The notes under the pieces were generated by a model. The model made no database searches and was not told where the DNA came from. It worked only from the letters and a program-made list of their open reading frames with translations. A DNA stretch of 64,000 nucleotides from the human T2T-CHM13v2.0 reference genome, Homo sapiens: assembly GCF_009914755.1 (NCBI RefSeq), contig NC_060929.1. One strand, written 5' to 3'. This document shows, piece by piece, positions 1-14,163 of the stretch. The translations under genes were made by a program, and so were the position numbers. Numbering within the stretch: the first letter of the stretch is position 1; every line of letters starts with the position of its first letter.

Positions 1-249
1 AAGTGCAGTAGACTTTTTTCTTAGGTGCTATTTTGAATTGTATGAAATTTCCTGTGCAGTAGATACTCATTTATTCACCATCTAAATTTAAGGCTTTCAT
101 ATAGAAAAGCCTAAGAAATGAAAAAGCATTATCATATTCTTTTTCTGTAATACTGTCTGTGATTTAAGCAAGATAATGCTATTTTGAAAGAGATGCCTTA
201 ACCCTATTATGGAAAGTTACTGTTAACTGTGAAGAAAGGAACTATCATT

Positions 250-530
250 AGAATTTAGTTTGATACAGTCCCACTTGTTTATTTTTGTTTTTGTTACCTG
301 TGCTTTTGCGGTCATATCCAAAAAAAAGTCATTGTGAAGATGGGCATCAGAGAGCTTTTTTCCCTGTTTTCTTCTAGGAATGCTACAGTTTCGGGTCTTA
401 CATTTAAGTCTTTCATCCATTTCAAGTTCATTTTTATGTCTGGTATATGATAAGGATCCAGTTCTTTTGCATGTGGATATCCAGTTTTCCCAGCACCATT
501 TATTGAAGGGTCTATTATTTCTCCTCATTA
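250..530 (-). mobile_element. Old L1 ORF2 fragment, antisense in the DCP2 intron
   Basis: Minus-strand ORF 223..528 has L1 ORF2-like peptides NKWCWENWISTCKR and KTKINKWDCIKL; degenerate. Confidence 0.8.
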
Positions 531-714
531 GAGTTAGTATAGAAAAGTTATGGGGGTATAAGTCCTCTTAATAGGATTTTTTTCTGGCCACCTTGGGTGG
601 TGGGGACATGTTAGGTGGATAGTGAAATCTAGTTAACATATATTCAGAAATTAGTTATTTCACAGAATCTTTTAAAAGCCGTGTATTCAGGGACATTAAA
701 AAAGGTACACCATG

Positions 715-915
715 CCAGCCTGGGCAACATAGCAAGACTCTTGTCTCTACAAAAATTAAAAATGAGCCAGCTGTGGTGGCACATACCTGTAGTCCCAGCT
801 ACTTAAGAGGCTGAGGCAAAAAGGTCACTTGCGCCCAGGAGGTTGAGGCTGAAGTGAGCTGTGATTATCACTGTACTCCAGTTTGGGCAACAGAATGAGA
901 CCATCTCGAAAAAAG
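715..915 (+). mobile_element. Partial AluJ-like SINE
   Basis: cagcctgggcaacatagcaagac...cctgtagtcccagctact...gagaccatctc followed by short A tail. Confidence 0.85.
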
Positions 916-1000
916 GGGCAGCATACTATAACTTGGTATATCGATCTTAGTTGGGCATTATATGAATATATAAAATTTTGAGTTGTCTTGAGAAGTGTGA

Positions 1001-1493
<493 letters not shown>

Positions 1494-1872
1494 AGATTTT
1501 TCTTTATGGTGATAAATTCCTGGAAATCTTGGTAAACCCCAGCTTTATTTTTCTGTAACAGAATGCACATAAAATAGGTAAAGCACATACAGGAGGTAAA
1601 GTTACGCTCATTTTGAAAGCAAAGGAATGTCAAGGGTCTTAATGGCTGAGATTAAGATTTTGAATATGTGGAAATAATAATAGATTGAAAATGCAGTTGA
1701 CCACCAGTTTATGGAAAGGAAAATACATATTTTGGTGGTTCTGTTTAGGGTTAGAGTCTGGGAAGATAAATATATACTCAAAACTAATTGTTTTGTAACA
1801 AAAGGCAAAGGGCAGTATTTGATTTCTTACTAAGGTTACTGAGCTTATTTATTTTGTTTTTTCTTTAAACAG

Positions 1873-2036
1873 ATGCTGTATATGACTTGCCTAGCTCCAG
1901 TGAAGACCAGTTGCTAGAACATGCCGAGGGACAGCCCGTGGCATGTAATGGACATTGCAAGTTCCCCTTTTCATCCAGAGCCTTTTTGAGTTTCAAGTTT
2001 GACCATAATGCTATAATGAAAATCTTGGACCTTTGA
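1873..2036 (+). CDS. DCP2: DCP2 (mRNA decapping enzyme 2) last coding exon
   Basis: Polypyrimidine tract + ttctttaaacag acceptor (AG 1871-1872); (G)AT then [56 protein letters not shown] 2034-2036; recognised as the human DCP2 C-terminus. Confidence 0.95.
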
Positions 2037-5000
2037 TAGCAGCACATGTATTGTAAATGTCCCAGGATCAGAGACCTGTTGAATTTGAGTGGGTGTCTCC
2101 TCAAGCCTTACCTTTCTCAGGTGTTTTAAAGAAATGCAGGGAGGCAATGTTTCTGAAGACATTTTCTGTTTATAAGAGAGTAGAAAGAAACACGAGTTTG
2201 CACTGTAAATGCAGTTATAACCTTTTATACAGACTTACCTTTTCAGTGTTCAGTACAAGTTTAAGTTGCTTTCTTTGAGGGCATTTATTCTGTGTGACTG
2301 TGGGTTTTATTTTGTATTCTGGTTAAGAAAATAATGTATTGAGTTACTGTCAAGTAGCCAAGTTAATGGGAATGCTCCATCTACCTGTTACAGTGATTGC
2401 AATAATAGTATATTGGAGTTTTTCAAAGAAACTTAAAGTAATGCCCAATTATTAAATGAACACAAGAGCTGAGATGTCACATTCGTCAGCATTACAGGTG
2501 ATCTATTTTGGTGGCATTTTGTACTTCTCTCTGCTTCTAACCACTGAGGCTCTCTAATCTTCCTCTGGAGTTTTAGTGAAAGGATTTATTGAGCAGCTTC
2601 TGGAATATAATGTGCATGTCCAAAATGAACTCAGCGCTTCAAAAGGACAAAGTCTGTAGCCTGGAGGGGCTTGAGTGGATGGGAGCTGATGCTGTGATTT
2701 TGAGCTGTGGTTACATGCAGTCAGTAAACCTGTGAGACTGCTGGAGGAAATGTAGCAGACAGCATGGAGGCTGGGACCCAGCAGCTACTTTGGGTCATGT
2801 CTTTACTGTCCTGCCTCCAACCCTTTAGTCTCGTAGACTTTTGTTCTTGTGGAAATTTCTTCTGTATTCCAGTTGTGTAAATATGTATGGAAAACTGATA
2901 TTACTAGGTTTTACGTTGCATCTCCAGTATTGATCTTTGGAAACTGATGTTACATTAGGTTCCAATTCGCAATAGTAGCAGAGACTGACATGCTTTTATT
3001 GACCTGCTAAGCCCCTGGATGATGGAGCGAGAAGGGAAGGGGTATGCAGTTTACCCAAGTCCAAATAAAGCATTTCACTAGGTTACACGTTATGTATATG
3101 TGTTACATAACAGTAACATACATAACTCACTCCTAGGAATGTATTTTGCTTCAGGATTTTTAAATTCAAATAAGGATGGCAGTGCCCATTTTAAGGAGGA
3201 TTTCAGCTATAACTGAGGACAATCACCAGGGCGTTAAGGGGGCTTTAGTGTTTTGGCTGCATCTGACCTCATTGAAGGAATTTCTTGGGAGTCGGGGGTG
3301 TTTGAGTATATGTGTGTGTGTGTAACTATCATGTGGGTTTTAAAAATCCTTTTTTACAGTGGTATCCACAAAATACTTCTCTGCTTATAAATGTTATTGT
3401 AGAAATCTTTATTCTGTGTAGGTAGCCTATTTAATTGGGTTCCACTGAACCTCATGGGACTTTTAAAAGAAGGGCTATTTAAGGAATTCACTTGGTAGTA
3501 CTTTGCTTTAGCTTTTAAATGGCTTGATTTTAAAGGAGAAATTCTATTTATTAATGAAAGTATCACCCTTTTGGTGCTAAGCAGGAGAATTCACAATTAA
3601 AGCAGTGTGTATAGAATTATGATATTCAGAATCCTGCATCTTTTAATGTGACAAATTTTTGAATCCTGTGACTTTTGCTTTTTAATGCATTATATGATTG
3701 TGTTTGGAAGCTTTTACTGTTCTTTTCAGAAATACGGCTGCTTTGCTTGGGTCTCTTCGAGCCATATTTATAGTTGGTCCCAGCATTCCAGACTTCTGGT
3801 AAATTGTTAAAGGAGTGAAAATGTAGTTTGCCTGGCAGATGAATAATTTTCACTCATTTATTGTCTTCTGGAAACCATTTAACTTTTACTGTTTTTTATT
3901 TTTTTGGTATGTGTTTTTTTTTTTCTTTTTAAGTGCATACTTTGGCCAGTCTTCCTGGTGCCTGTAGAGTTGGATTTTTCAGCTCTCAATACTGAAGCAA
4001 AAGAGATTATAGTTACCAGAAGTATGGCCTCTAATGGTGTTGAGCCTTTTCAAGAACCAACAAATTATCTTTGTGATTACAGTAGTTTAACTATGGTTAA
4101 ATGTTACTGCTGTTGCGCTGCTTTATTTAATGCACTGTGGAACAAAATATAAGGGTACTGTTGGGGTGTGATTATGATAACTTCAGGCTTTTAGCTCTCC
4201 TCAAAGTTTGAGGTTAAAAAAATGTTAAAAGATGTGAGTTAAAGTTTATGTGTGTGATGTGACTTAACTATGCAGAAAATATTTAAGTTGGATGTACTTG
4301 TTTTAGGTACATCTACTATACTTATTCTCTCAAACCTGGGTAATAGTTTCTCAGTGTTCAGGTTACCTTGAGAAAGGCCATGCTTAGCGAACTGGATTTC
4401 TCCTTTGAGAAATTTTAGTATGGTTTGAGGAAATCAAGTGATAAAGGAGTATGCTGAATATGCAATCATTTACTTCTACTGAGTGCTGCATTTTAAGATG
4501 CTAGATGAGAAGAGTAGTTGGTTTTGCTTCATTATGTTTTATGTCTTTGAGAGAGATACAGGTCTTGGAATTCACTTTTTAAATGTTACGTTCCAACCTT
4601 ATATGTTCCAAGGTGCAGTGCACTGTGAATCTTTTATTTTTAAAAAAATTTGTAGGTGCTTTTATGTATAACTTTAATGATTTATAAGATGCTAAATGAA
4701 TTGTTTTTGTACCTAACCATTGTAATCCAAAAGATAAGGGTGTGGTTTACATGCTTTTCAAAAATTTTTGTTAAGAAGTAGCAAATGAATGGTTTAGGAT
4801 TTCAAATAGTGATACCCTCCTGAGACATGAGCATTTGGAGAGGCCTGAGAACCTAATAGAACTCATATAGTGTGAGTGAAATTTGATTAAAGATGTTGGA
4901 AAATGAAGTTGGATTTTTGTATTCATGTATAAAGGAAAGTCTCCCAGTGCTGTCAAAGGAATTGTGGTTACTACTTGCTGTTCTGAGCTTTGAATATCGT

Positions 5001-5392
5001 TATTTTTCTATTAAATATCAATTAGTAAGTATAGCTAATGAAGACATATAATGAAAGTAATTTTATGCTGTAAGATTGAATTGGTACTTTTCCTTATTAA
5101 GGCTTTAGTAATTTGTATGTAATGTCAAATAAAAGGAATTCAAATCTGAGTAAATAACAGCCTCCTACTATAGGAATTAGATTCTTCTATAAAAGTCACC
5201 ATATTGTATCCTATAGAAAAGTTAAGGTCTGAGTGCATGTGTGCATTAAAAACATTTCACTACCTATTCTCTCATGGACTTCTCATCCTTTCTTTTTTCA
5301 TCTCCAACAGTTAAATGGTAAGGAGAGCAAAGTTAATTATAAAAATTAGACATTTTGCCAAGTTAGTTTTCTTACCACAATACCCTCTTGGC

Positions 5393-5612
<220 letters not shown>

Positions 5613-6364
5613 CTCTTGGCTTTTTATCTTTATTTTTGTACCAGTGGACCTTCCTGCTCCCTGAGACTGTTTTGATTGACATCTTTTGTGTTTCTATATT
5701 TTCCGAGGCAGTATTTTCTTTGTATGTTAATCATAGTTATAGTAAAGTCAGACTCATTAACTTTTCTTCCTAGTAATTTTGACTTGGATTATTTTCTAGC
5801 CTGGGGGATGGGGTTCATATGTGTTGTTGTAACTTTAGATTACTAAACAAAACAAACTGTTTTTTTGTTTGAAGGTATCCTTTACATACCTGTCTGTAGG
5901 TAAGCAAGTGTTAGTAAAAACAATTTTGTCAAACAGTACTCCTGACAGCTTGGTAAAGTCTAGGTAGAGTTTCTGATTTTGTATTATGTCCTAAGACTTG
6001 AAAGTGCATTTGTCTAGTTGCCAAAAGTTCTAAAAATGAGATGGTGGGCTTTCTCAGCATCTTTTTGCTTCCTAGAATTGAGTTGCTCTTGAAGTCTGTA
6101 CTCCTGTGTCAGAAAGATGGCAGACTGCAAATGGGCAGTACAGGCTTTGCCCCATGCTTTCAAAGTAGGATTCTGGATTGCAGTTTCAAAAAAATATGAT
6201 AGATTATTGTTATAGAATCAAAGTGTCCTGAAGGGAGAAGAATAGCTATAGTTGCTGGGCAAAGAGTGTAAGAAAGAAACTTTAGAGCATTTATCAATAC
6301 TTGAGTGCTTTATTATGTTCCAGGCTAGAAATGTGATCATTGCATGGCCTAAGTGTAGTCATTC

Positions 6365-6409
6365 ATATATATATGAATATCTATATCTATATCTATACAT
6401 ATATATGTA
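6365..6409. repeat. (TA)n/(TATATC)n low-complexity microsatellite
   Basis: catatatatatgaatatctatatctatatctatacatatatatgtat. Confidence 0.7.
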
Positions 6410-9400
6410 TCGCCATTATCGAGTGTTTTCTAGCCCTGGATAAAGTTAATTTTTTTGAAGTTTGATTGCCAAGCAATCCAGTGAATCTAAAGTAATTTTT
6501 CTCACTTTAAAGACCAGTGATGAGGAGTCTGGTCCTTCCTGTACTGATACTGTAGAACTCCAGTCAAACTTCAGTGCACTGCTTTCTTACAGGAAGACAA
6601 CTCAGAACACACAGCCATAATCTGCTTTGGTGTCAGTCACATCACAGTGGTTATACATTTGTCCTGAATGGTGATTCATTCCTTTCCATCTAACTTCCTT
6701 GTGACAAATAGCATTTACTATTGAAATAGTCTTAAAATAGGGAAAAGAGTGAAAGTTACTCTTATGCATGGGAGTGGGCTTAAAGGGTTGACTTCCACCA
6801 GCTGAGTACAAACAAGTGTAAAGAAAAACTATGATAAAGTATGGAGGTCTTGAGAATTGTTCATAATGAAATCTTTAATCTGGGTTATCAGAGTAATGAA
6901 ATCACCAATAAAAACATTCCATTTATCTTGGATCTTCTGTGGTTAGCAGAGGAGTATGGTCTAGCTATGTTAGCAGCTTGAAGGCACAACGTAAAAGGAA
7001 TGAGCTTTCACAAGGTGCTTACGTTAGCTGGGTAGTATTGGTCAAAGGTACTCTGAAGAGTGAATGCAGAAATCAGTTGGCTGTGTTTGTAATCTTGTCC
7101 CACATGGACCCTAACCTTTAGTAGACTTCAGTCTTTTAGTCCAGTAGAAGACAATGGCCCTGAATATGTGTTTTCTGCTTTTTGGTGGAAGGTTTCCTGC
7201 AGGTGGTTGGGTGGTTTTTGGGTTATTGGCTACTGTTCGTTCAGTGCCATTTGAAGACCTGTTGTTTCTTAATCCTTTTTCTTGGTGTGACTGGCCAGGA
7301 AAAAGTCCATTGAGTCCTTTTTTTCTCCCTGGTGTCTTACCCCTTCTGTAGAATAATCCATATTTTAAAATTTGTTTCACATCTTTATAGCAAACCTGCC
7401 ACAGACTTGCAAGCAGTGATTTTATCTTTCCTTCCTGAGAAGGTGATCTCACTTTTGATGTTTGGGTCACCTGTGGACACCTGTGCTCTTTTGAGTCTCA
7501 AGGCTTATAGCTTTCACATTGGCTTGGGAACAACAGACTTGTGTGTGGTTCTAGAGTGAAATGGGCAGTGTTCTGCTGGTCCTCAGTCTTTGAGAGGTCT
7601 TAGGCAACATCCTTAGTATAGTGGAATTTCTGAGGTCAAATTTAACATTTAATATATTCTCCTTTTAGTTCATTGAATCTGAGGTTCTAAATCTGTAGCT
7701 TCATTTTGAGCACAAGTCTGCATTGTCATTTTTTAAGAGATTGGCAGGCATATGCTTTTGTGATACTTAGGAAAAGACTATGGATGGCAGCAAATGAAAG
7801 TAAAGGTTCTCAACTGTGAATGAAATTTAGAAAGATAATTCTTCAGCAGTTGGTTGATTAGATGGGTTAGTGCTTTTGGAATATATAACAGTAGACTTGT
7901 ATTCTTTATGCACTATACATATGATACGCACTGACAGAAAAGCACAGAAGACATACTGCTAAGAGTTTCTTTGTGCATTTCACTACTGTTCTAGGGGACT
8001 GCTGTCTCTTTGGTTCCTTTTAGGTTTGTGTTAGGATGTTGCACAAGTAATCATTTAATGTTAAATGCAAGTGTCCAAAGAAATGAGTCTTAAAGTTCTT
8101 TGGTCATATTTCACTTTAGAGTTAGGACAGGAGACAGCTAACCTGACTTCCATTTTACAAATATTAGAAACTTTTTCTTCAGTAACAAAAACAGGGAAGG
8201 ACAATAAAACCATGAACTATTTTGCTTTATGTCTGTTTTTAAAAAATAATTGTTTTGAAGTTTGCTTATTAGCTTAATACCTTATAGTACTTTTAAAAAA
8301 TCATCCTTGGTAATTATTGACTTATCCTAGATCCATGTACAATTCAGACTTTTATCTGTTAGCTTTAATAAAAATTTAAAACCATCTCATTTCAGAATAA
8401 AATAAACGGAATTACAGTTCATGCATTAGCATTTTTAAGTGAAGTTCTCTTAATAAGATTGCCTTTTGTCTAACCGAAATAGGGCATACAGATTAGTTTG
8501 GATGGGAAAGTGGTAAGACTTGAGTTTTTAATACTGTGCCTATTTCCAAAAGAAGACTTGATGTGGCTTTTTACATTATGCTTTAAAGATGTTAATGGAG
8601 GATACATAGTCTTAAAACAATTTGTTTGGGAGTAAGTTTTAGTCGGAAAAAGGTGAAGATATTTATGCTGAGTTATGTTAAGCAAATTATTTTGAGACCT
8701 TTTGCTGGTAGACAAAAACTGAGGAAATGTTTCACTAAATATATTATGGTCAATGAAAAAACCGGACTTTAGAGTAAATGTGATAACCAAGTAGATTTGT
8801 GAACTTTATTTCTTTAGTAATTATTTTTATCTTATGTGAAATGATTCAACCTTTAATTTTTGCCTAGATTATAGCAATGTTTTGTTTTACCTTATAGGGC
8901 ATTTTAATGCTTGGAGAAAGACTAAGTGAATCTACTTCAAGGGATTCTGTTCATGGTGGTATACAGTTCTTGGTGCTCTTTTGGAAATTGTCAAACATTT
9001 ACTGATAGCAGAAAAGGAACCCCAAAACACCTGTAGTGTTCACCTTGTTATAAGAACAGAAACATTTGGAACAGGTTTCATTCTGTTTCTAGATTTATGT
9101 TGTTGTAGTTGAACAGCAACTGTTTTTTTCCCTCAGTGTTAACGAAAGGATAAAGACTACCTGTATTGTTGGGTATGACTATCAAAGGATTTCCGGTGAT
9201 TCATGTTTGTGAATTGGAGTTTAAATGTTTGCAGGATTACTGTACTTCCAAAGACCCACTAGAATGTCAGCTGTACTCTGTACTCTCCACTGAGAAAATG
9301 AACAAAATCCTATGTCTTAACAGTTATGCTCTAACTTTTTGAAAGCTTTTTGATGTAAATAATAGGTTAGAAACTAAAAGCCTTTTAATCTTACAAAATA

Positions 9401-9481
9401 CAATTTGAACGATGGAAGGTTGTTCAGATACTGGCTTTCTGTAAAAACATCATTGTGTTAGATTGTTTGTAATGTACTATC

Positions 9482-9487
9482 AATAAA
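9482..9487 (+). terminator. DCP2: Candidate DCP2 poly(A) signal just before the sense Alu
   Basis: AATAAA with upstream TGTA motifs (tttgtaatgtac) and T/GT-rich downstream sequence. Confidence 0.55.
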
Positions 9488-9650
9488 ATTGGCTGCTTGG
9501 GCAGTTTTAGTTACCACCTTAGCCTGGTTTTCTGCTACTGTTATTTATCATCGTAGGTTCTGAGTTGCTCATTGTGGTTGCTCTTTGGACCAATAAAAAT
9601 GGCAAGTATGAGATGAACATGATAAAAGTATGTTTATATAACAGGAAGAA

Positions 9651-10025
<375 letters not shown>

Positions 10026-10669
10026 TTAAAGCAAGATTATAGTGTAGGGCTTGAGATGTGAATTCATTAGATATTTAAAATCCAGCAATTCTTAAGTTTG
10101 TGCTAGAATCAGGTTTTGCAATAGGAATACTTAACTTTGGATCTCAAGGGGGAAAGAAATACATTCTTTTCCATTAGAGACCTCAGCTATATGATAGTAA
10201 CTTTTATTTTAAATTCTCAAAAGGAGAGTGACTAAGGTGTTATACTTACTGTCAAATTACTTTGCTTCCATAGTGAAAACTTGAGAACATTGTAATCTTT
10301 CTCTAACAGATGTGTTGCAAAGCTGCTTGCCATCTTGTTGTCCTATATGACTTCCTTGCATTTCCAGTCCTTGATTACATTCCATTTTAATGATCTTTCT
10401 TTAAGAGGGGAAAAGACTCTCTTCAATAGATAACTTCCTATTTATGCCAAATTTTAAAAAGCCAACTAAAAATGGGCTATAAATGAGGGTTCTTTGGCCA
10501 TTTTGATCTAATAATAGTCTTACTTCTAGACCCCTGCTTTGACTAGGGCTCTTGATTTCATGTAAGCATCATGGATTTGATATTTGCCTGCATGTATATC
10601 ACAGTTCTACAGAAGGATAGCCTTACCCTTTAAATAACACAGTTAAGGTACACTGTGGAATTAGAAATA

Positions 10670-10675
10670 TTTATT
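10670..10675 (-). terminator. MCC: Candidate distal MCC poly(A) signal
   Basis: tttatt on + = AATAAA on -; cleavage expected near 10650. Confidence 0.7.
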
Positions 10676-10720
10676 CAGAATATAAGAATGTTTGTAAAAT
10701 ATTATAAATGTCTCTGTATA

Positions 10721-10726
10721 AATAAA
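10721..10726 (+). terminator. DCP2: Candidate distal DCP2 poly(A) signal
   Basis: AATAAA preceded by TGTA at 10693 and 10715 (CFIm-type elements). Confidence 0.65.
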
Positions 10727-13700
10727 TGGAGTTTTTAAAAAACAATTCTATATCAAATAACGCAAAGTAGCTATTTTACAGCAGCTAAAACTAAAGGCAT
10801 CTGGAAACATTTAAAGAATACAAGTGGAGAATCTAAAAAATTACAAGGTATAGTACAGTGTTAAGTAGCAATTTTAAAATGAGACTTTCAGTACAAACAG
10901 TAGAACAATACTGACAAATGCAAACTTAGTCACATGTGCTTTAATAACTGACAATACATTCAAGCAGGTTTTTCTAATTCAAGCGTATAGCACATATTCA
11001 AATAATAGGAAACAAATCTCATGCAAAGTAAATAAATCTTGATGTCTAAAAACTGATTAGAACTAGAAAAGAAGTGGACATGTTTTATTATCTTTGCATT
11101 ACGTTCTAACAAAAGCAGATTATCAGGGGCTCTTACTCACTTGCCATTCCTGACATGAGCACTATAAGTGAATACTATGAGTTCTACAAACAGAACATTT
11201 TTCCACATGAATTTGACTTGCAAAAAGTGCAAAAGGGAATGGTAGAACCAGAATTACTAAGTACGGCATCAGTGTGAATGTGGGGGAAATTTGTGTATAA
11301 CTTGCTTTGTTCTGCTGAGCTGATATTTCACCTGATTAGCAGATGAATGACTGTGGAAAGATGAAGTACTAGTCAAGGATGTGGTTTTACATAGCAGTTG
11401 CTATTTCCGGGACTGAATGATTTCTTCCTCTTGGTCACATGCAAAATCTCACCCAGATGTAATGTGATAAACAAACAGTTTACCCAGTGTAACCTTTAAG
11501 CAAAAATGTATGGTGATCTGCATGTGAAACTGTCTTTCTCTACACAGGTATTAGCAAAACAAGAATACATGAACAGCTGCTATCAACTTGTATACTTTTT
11601 TTCCACTTGTTTATATTTTAACAGCCACTGAGAGATCAGTGATGCTGTGGTGACAGCAGTCAGCATTATTTCTTAGAGAATACAAATGTATTAAGTTAGA
11701 GTAATTTCAGGTGTGTTAAACAGGAGATGCTTCTGAAGGCCACAAGTTTGGAGCTTACTTTAACCTGACCTACATGAACATAAGATTTGTAGGATGTGGA
11801 TAAACTTTAAGAACTGGATAGTGAAGGCGTAACTTTTGTTTTGTAACCAGTTACGCCTCTTCTGTAAACTCTCTAAGAGTGCTCAAAGGTGAATCAAACT
11901 TGTATATCATTCCTTGTCAAATAGGCTGTTCCCACTGGATAAGAAAATTTGCTGTATGTTTTCCTGAAAAATTTTATAGTGTTCTACAAAGCCATCACCT
12001 TCTGCAGAAAAAAAATGTTACTTATGCTCCACCTCCCCAGCCCTCACTAAAAACTTTGGTAGCCCTATGGCGGTACCCTAATTAAGGTCAGTGCAGAAAT
12101 CTCAACCATTACAGAAGTCTCTTACTATTTTGGCTCTCAAAATACTCTAACTAGTAGCTCTGTTTGCTGAATCTAGAAGTAGGTAGAGCTGTAAATAGTT
12201 TAATAGAATGATTGGGACATACTCCCAATTAAGAATTTGCAAATTGTTTAAAGCCTTATGGAGGAAAGGACACTTTCAGAGATGTTTATTTTTTAATAGT
12301 CATCTTGATATGTTATCACTTTAAAGCTTGATAATCGAAACTCTTGAGAGCTATTAAGGTTGACTGATAGACTTAAAAAGTGATTGCTTTATAATTCTCG
12401 TGGGCCATAGGAAACACCTTCAGAAGGGAACAAGCAACTATGGAGGTTCTTTAATTCATGCCAGGGACACAGGCAGTCCAATCTTGATCGGGTAACTACG
12501 GTGCACTTTTTTCTCATTTAAAATAATCTAATCTGTATCCAGTTAGGAACCAGAAGACTTTCAGATAGTTTCATGTTTTCCTTAGAGTGGTAACTTTCTT
12601 ACTACTCCTTAACAGCTTTTAAGAAAAAGCCTATGGGCTCTAATTTGGACTTCCTTTTGGAGTAGAATGTCAAGGCTCTGACTTAGAAGAGGTCCCTCTA
12701 AAATATTGCTGCAGGCTCAGAGAAGACTTAGTGCATGCATCTGAAAGGAGAATTAAGCAATTTTAAAAGTTAAGTGCTAGTTAAACATAACATTTGTTTC
12801 AGGCAGCATGGATATTAACTTCAGAACGCTGACAAGCCAGCCGATGAGGATGAAAGTTTCAATAAGGAATCATACTGTTCCCCAGTCCATGACAGATTTT
12901 TGTAGCTGGTAAGCTCACACTGATGGCACTCGCAACTACGGACAGAAGTCTCTTTTGCTTGTGATTTGCACAGTTGGTTTTGTTTGCCTCAGTCCAACAA
13001 TGGGAAATATATTCCAAGGGAACTGTGAAATGGGTCCTTTGGCTCTGTGCCCATTTCTTCAAAAGCCAAAGACTGAATTCTGAACAGAGATGGTTACTGA
13101 CTAAAAGGGGGTAACCACTGAGGAAACTAGGGAGAACAATTCAAAATACGAAATCTGAAGGTTTTTAACCTCATATAAATTAGAATCAAGATCATTGTTT
13201 ACCCTCATTGGAGATGTTTGTTAGAGAAAAATTCAGGTAGCGCCAGGTTATTCACAAAGGAAAATTACCCAGGAACCTGCAAGCATTTAATTTAATCAGT
13301 ATAGTTCAGTAGCTCCCACAATTAGCATAATCAAGTGCCACCTAGTTCACCTTCAAGGATTGTGTCTTGGGGAGTATTTGAAAAATACAAGAAAAGGAAA
13401 AACTTTTATAGCTTTTTTATTATACATATTTATAAAAAATTAACACTTTTGCCTGCAAAATAGTTTTTACCCAAATCACATTTGAAAGTACTAAAACTAA
13501 GGTCAGGTAGCATGAGTAAAACTGGGGCCCTTAACAGGAGCTGGAGCCGCCTCTGCCTGGGGGAATTAAAGGGCCAAGAAGGGGAGGTTCTCTGATTTTA
13601 CCTGGAGCAAGAATGGAGACAGAAGTCAGTAGGCAGGATTTTATTCCTGCTTCAGCCACATGTTTCTGTGTCAGTGAAAATGAAAACTGCCCATTTGATG

Positions 13701-13894
13701 CCTGCTTAATCACAAAAAAGAGCCATGCACATCCCACTTTGCTCAGGGGAGGACGTTTCCCTAGGCAAGCTGGAAAAATAGTGAAAACTGATTTTTTTTT
13801 TTTTTGGGGCATATGTTTTTCAGCCAAAACATTTTCCTCATGATAAAATGCAACTTTATATGAAAAGTGAAAAATTCTAAAAAATCACAGGAAT

Positions 13895-14163
13895 GGCCAG
13901 GCACATTGGCTCATGCCTGTAATCCCAGCACTTTGGGAGGCCGAGGTGGGTGGATCAGTGGTCAGGAGTTCGAGACCAGCCTGGCCAACATGGTGAAACC
14001 CTGTCTCTACTAAAAATACAAAAAAACTAGCTGGGTATGGTGGCGGGCACCTGTAATTCCAGCTACTCAGGAGGCAGAGGTTGCAGTGAGCCAAGATCAC
14101 GCCACTGCACTTCAGCCTGGTGACAAGAGCAAAACTCCATCTCAAAAAAAAAAAAAAAAAAAA
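13895..14163 (+). mobile_element. AluS with internal deletion, antisense within the MCC 3'UTR
   Basis: TSD aaaatcacaggaa on both sides; right arm jumps from agctactcaggaggc to agaggttgcagtg. Confidence 0.93.
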
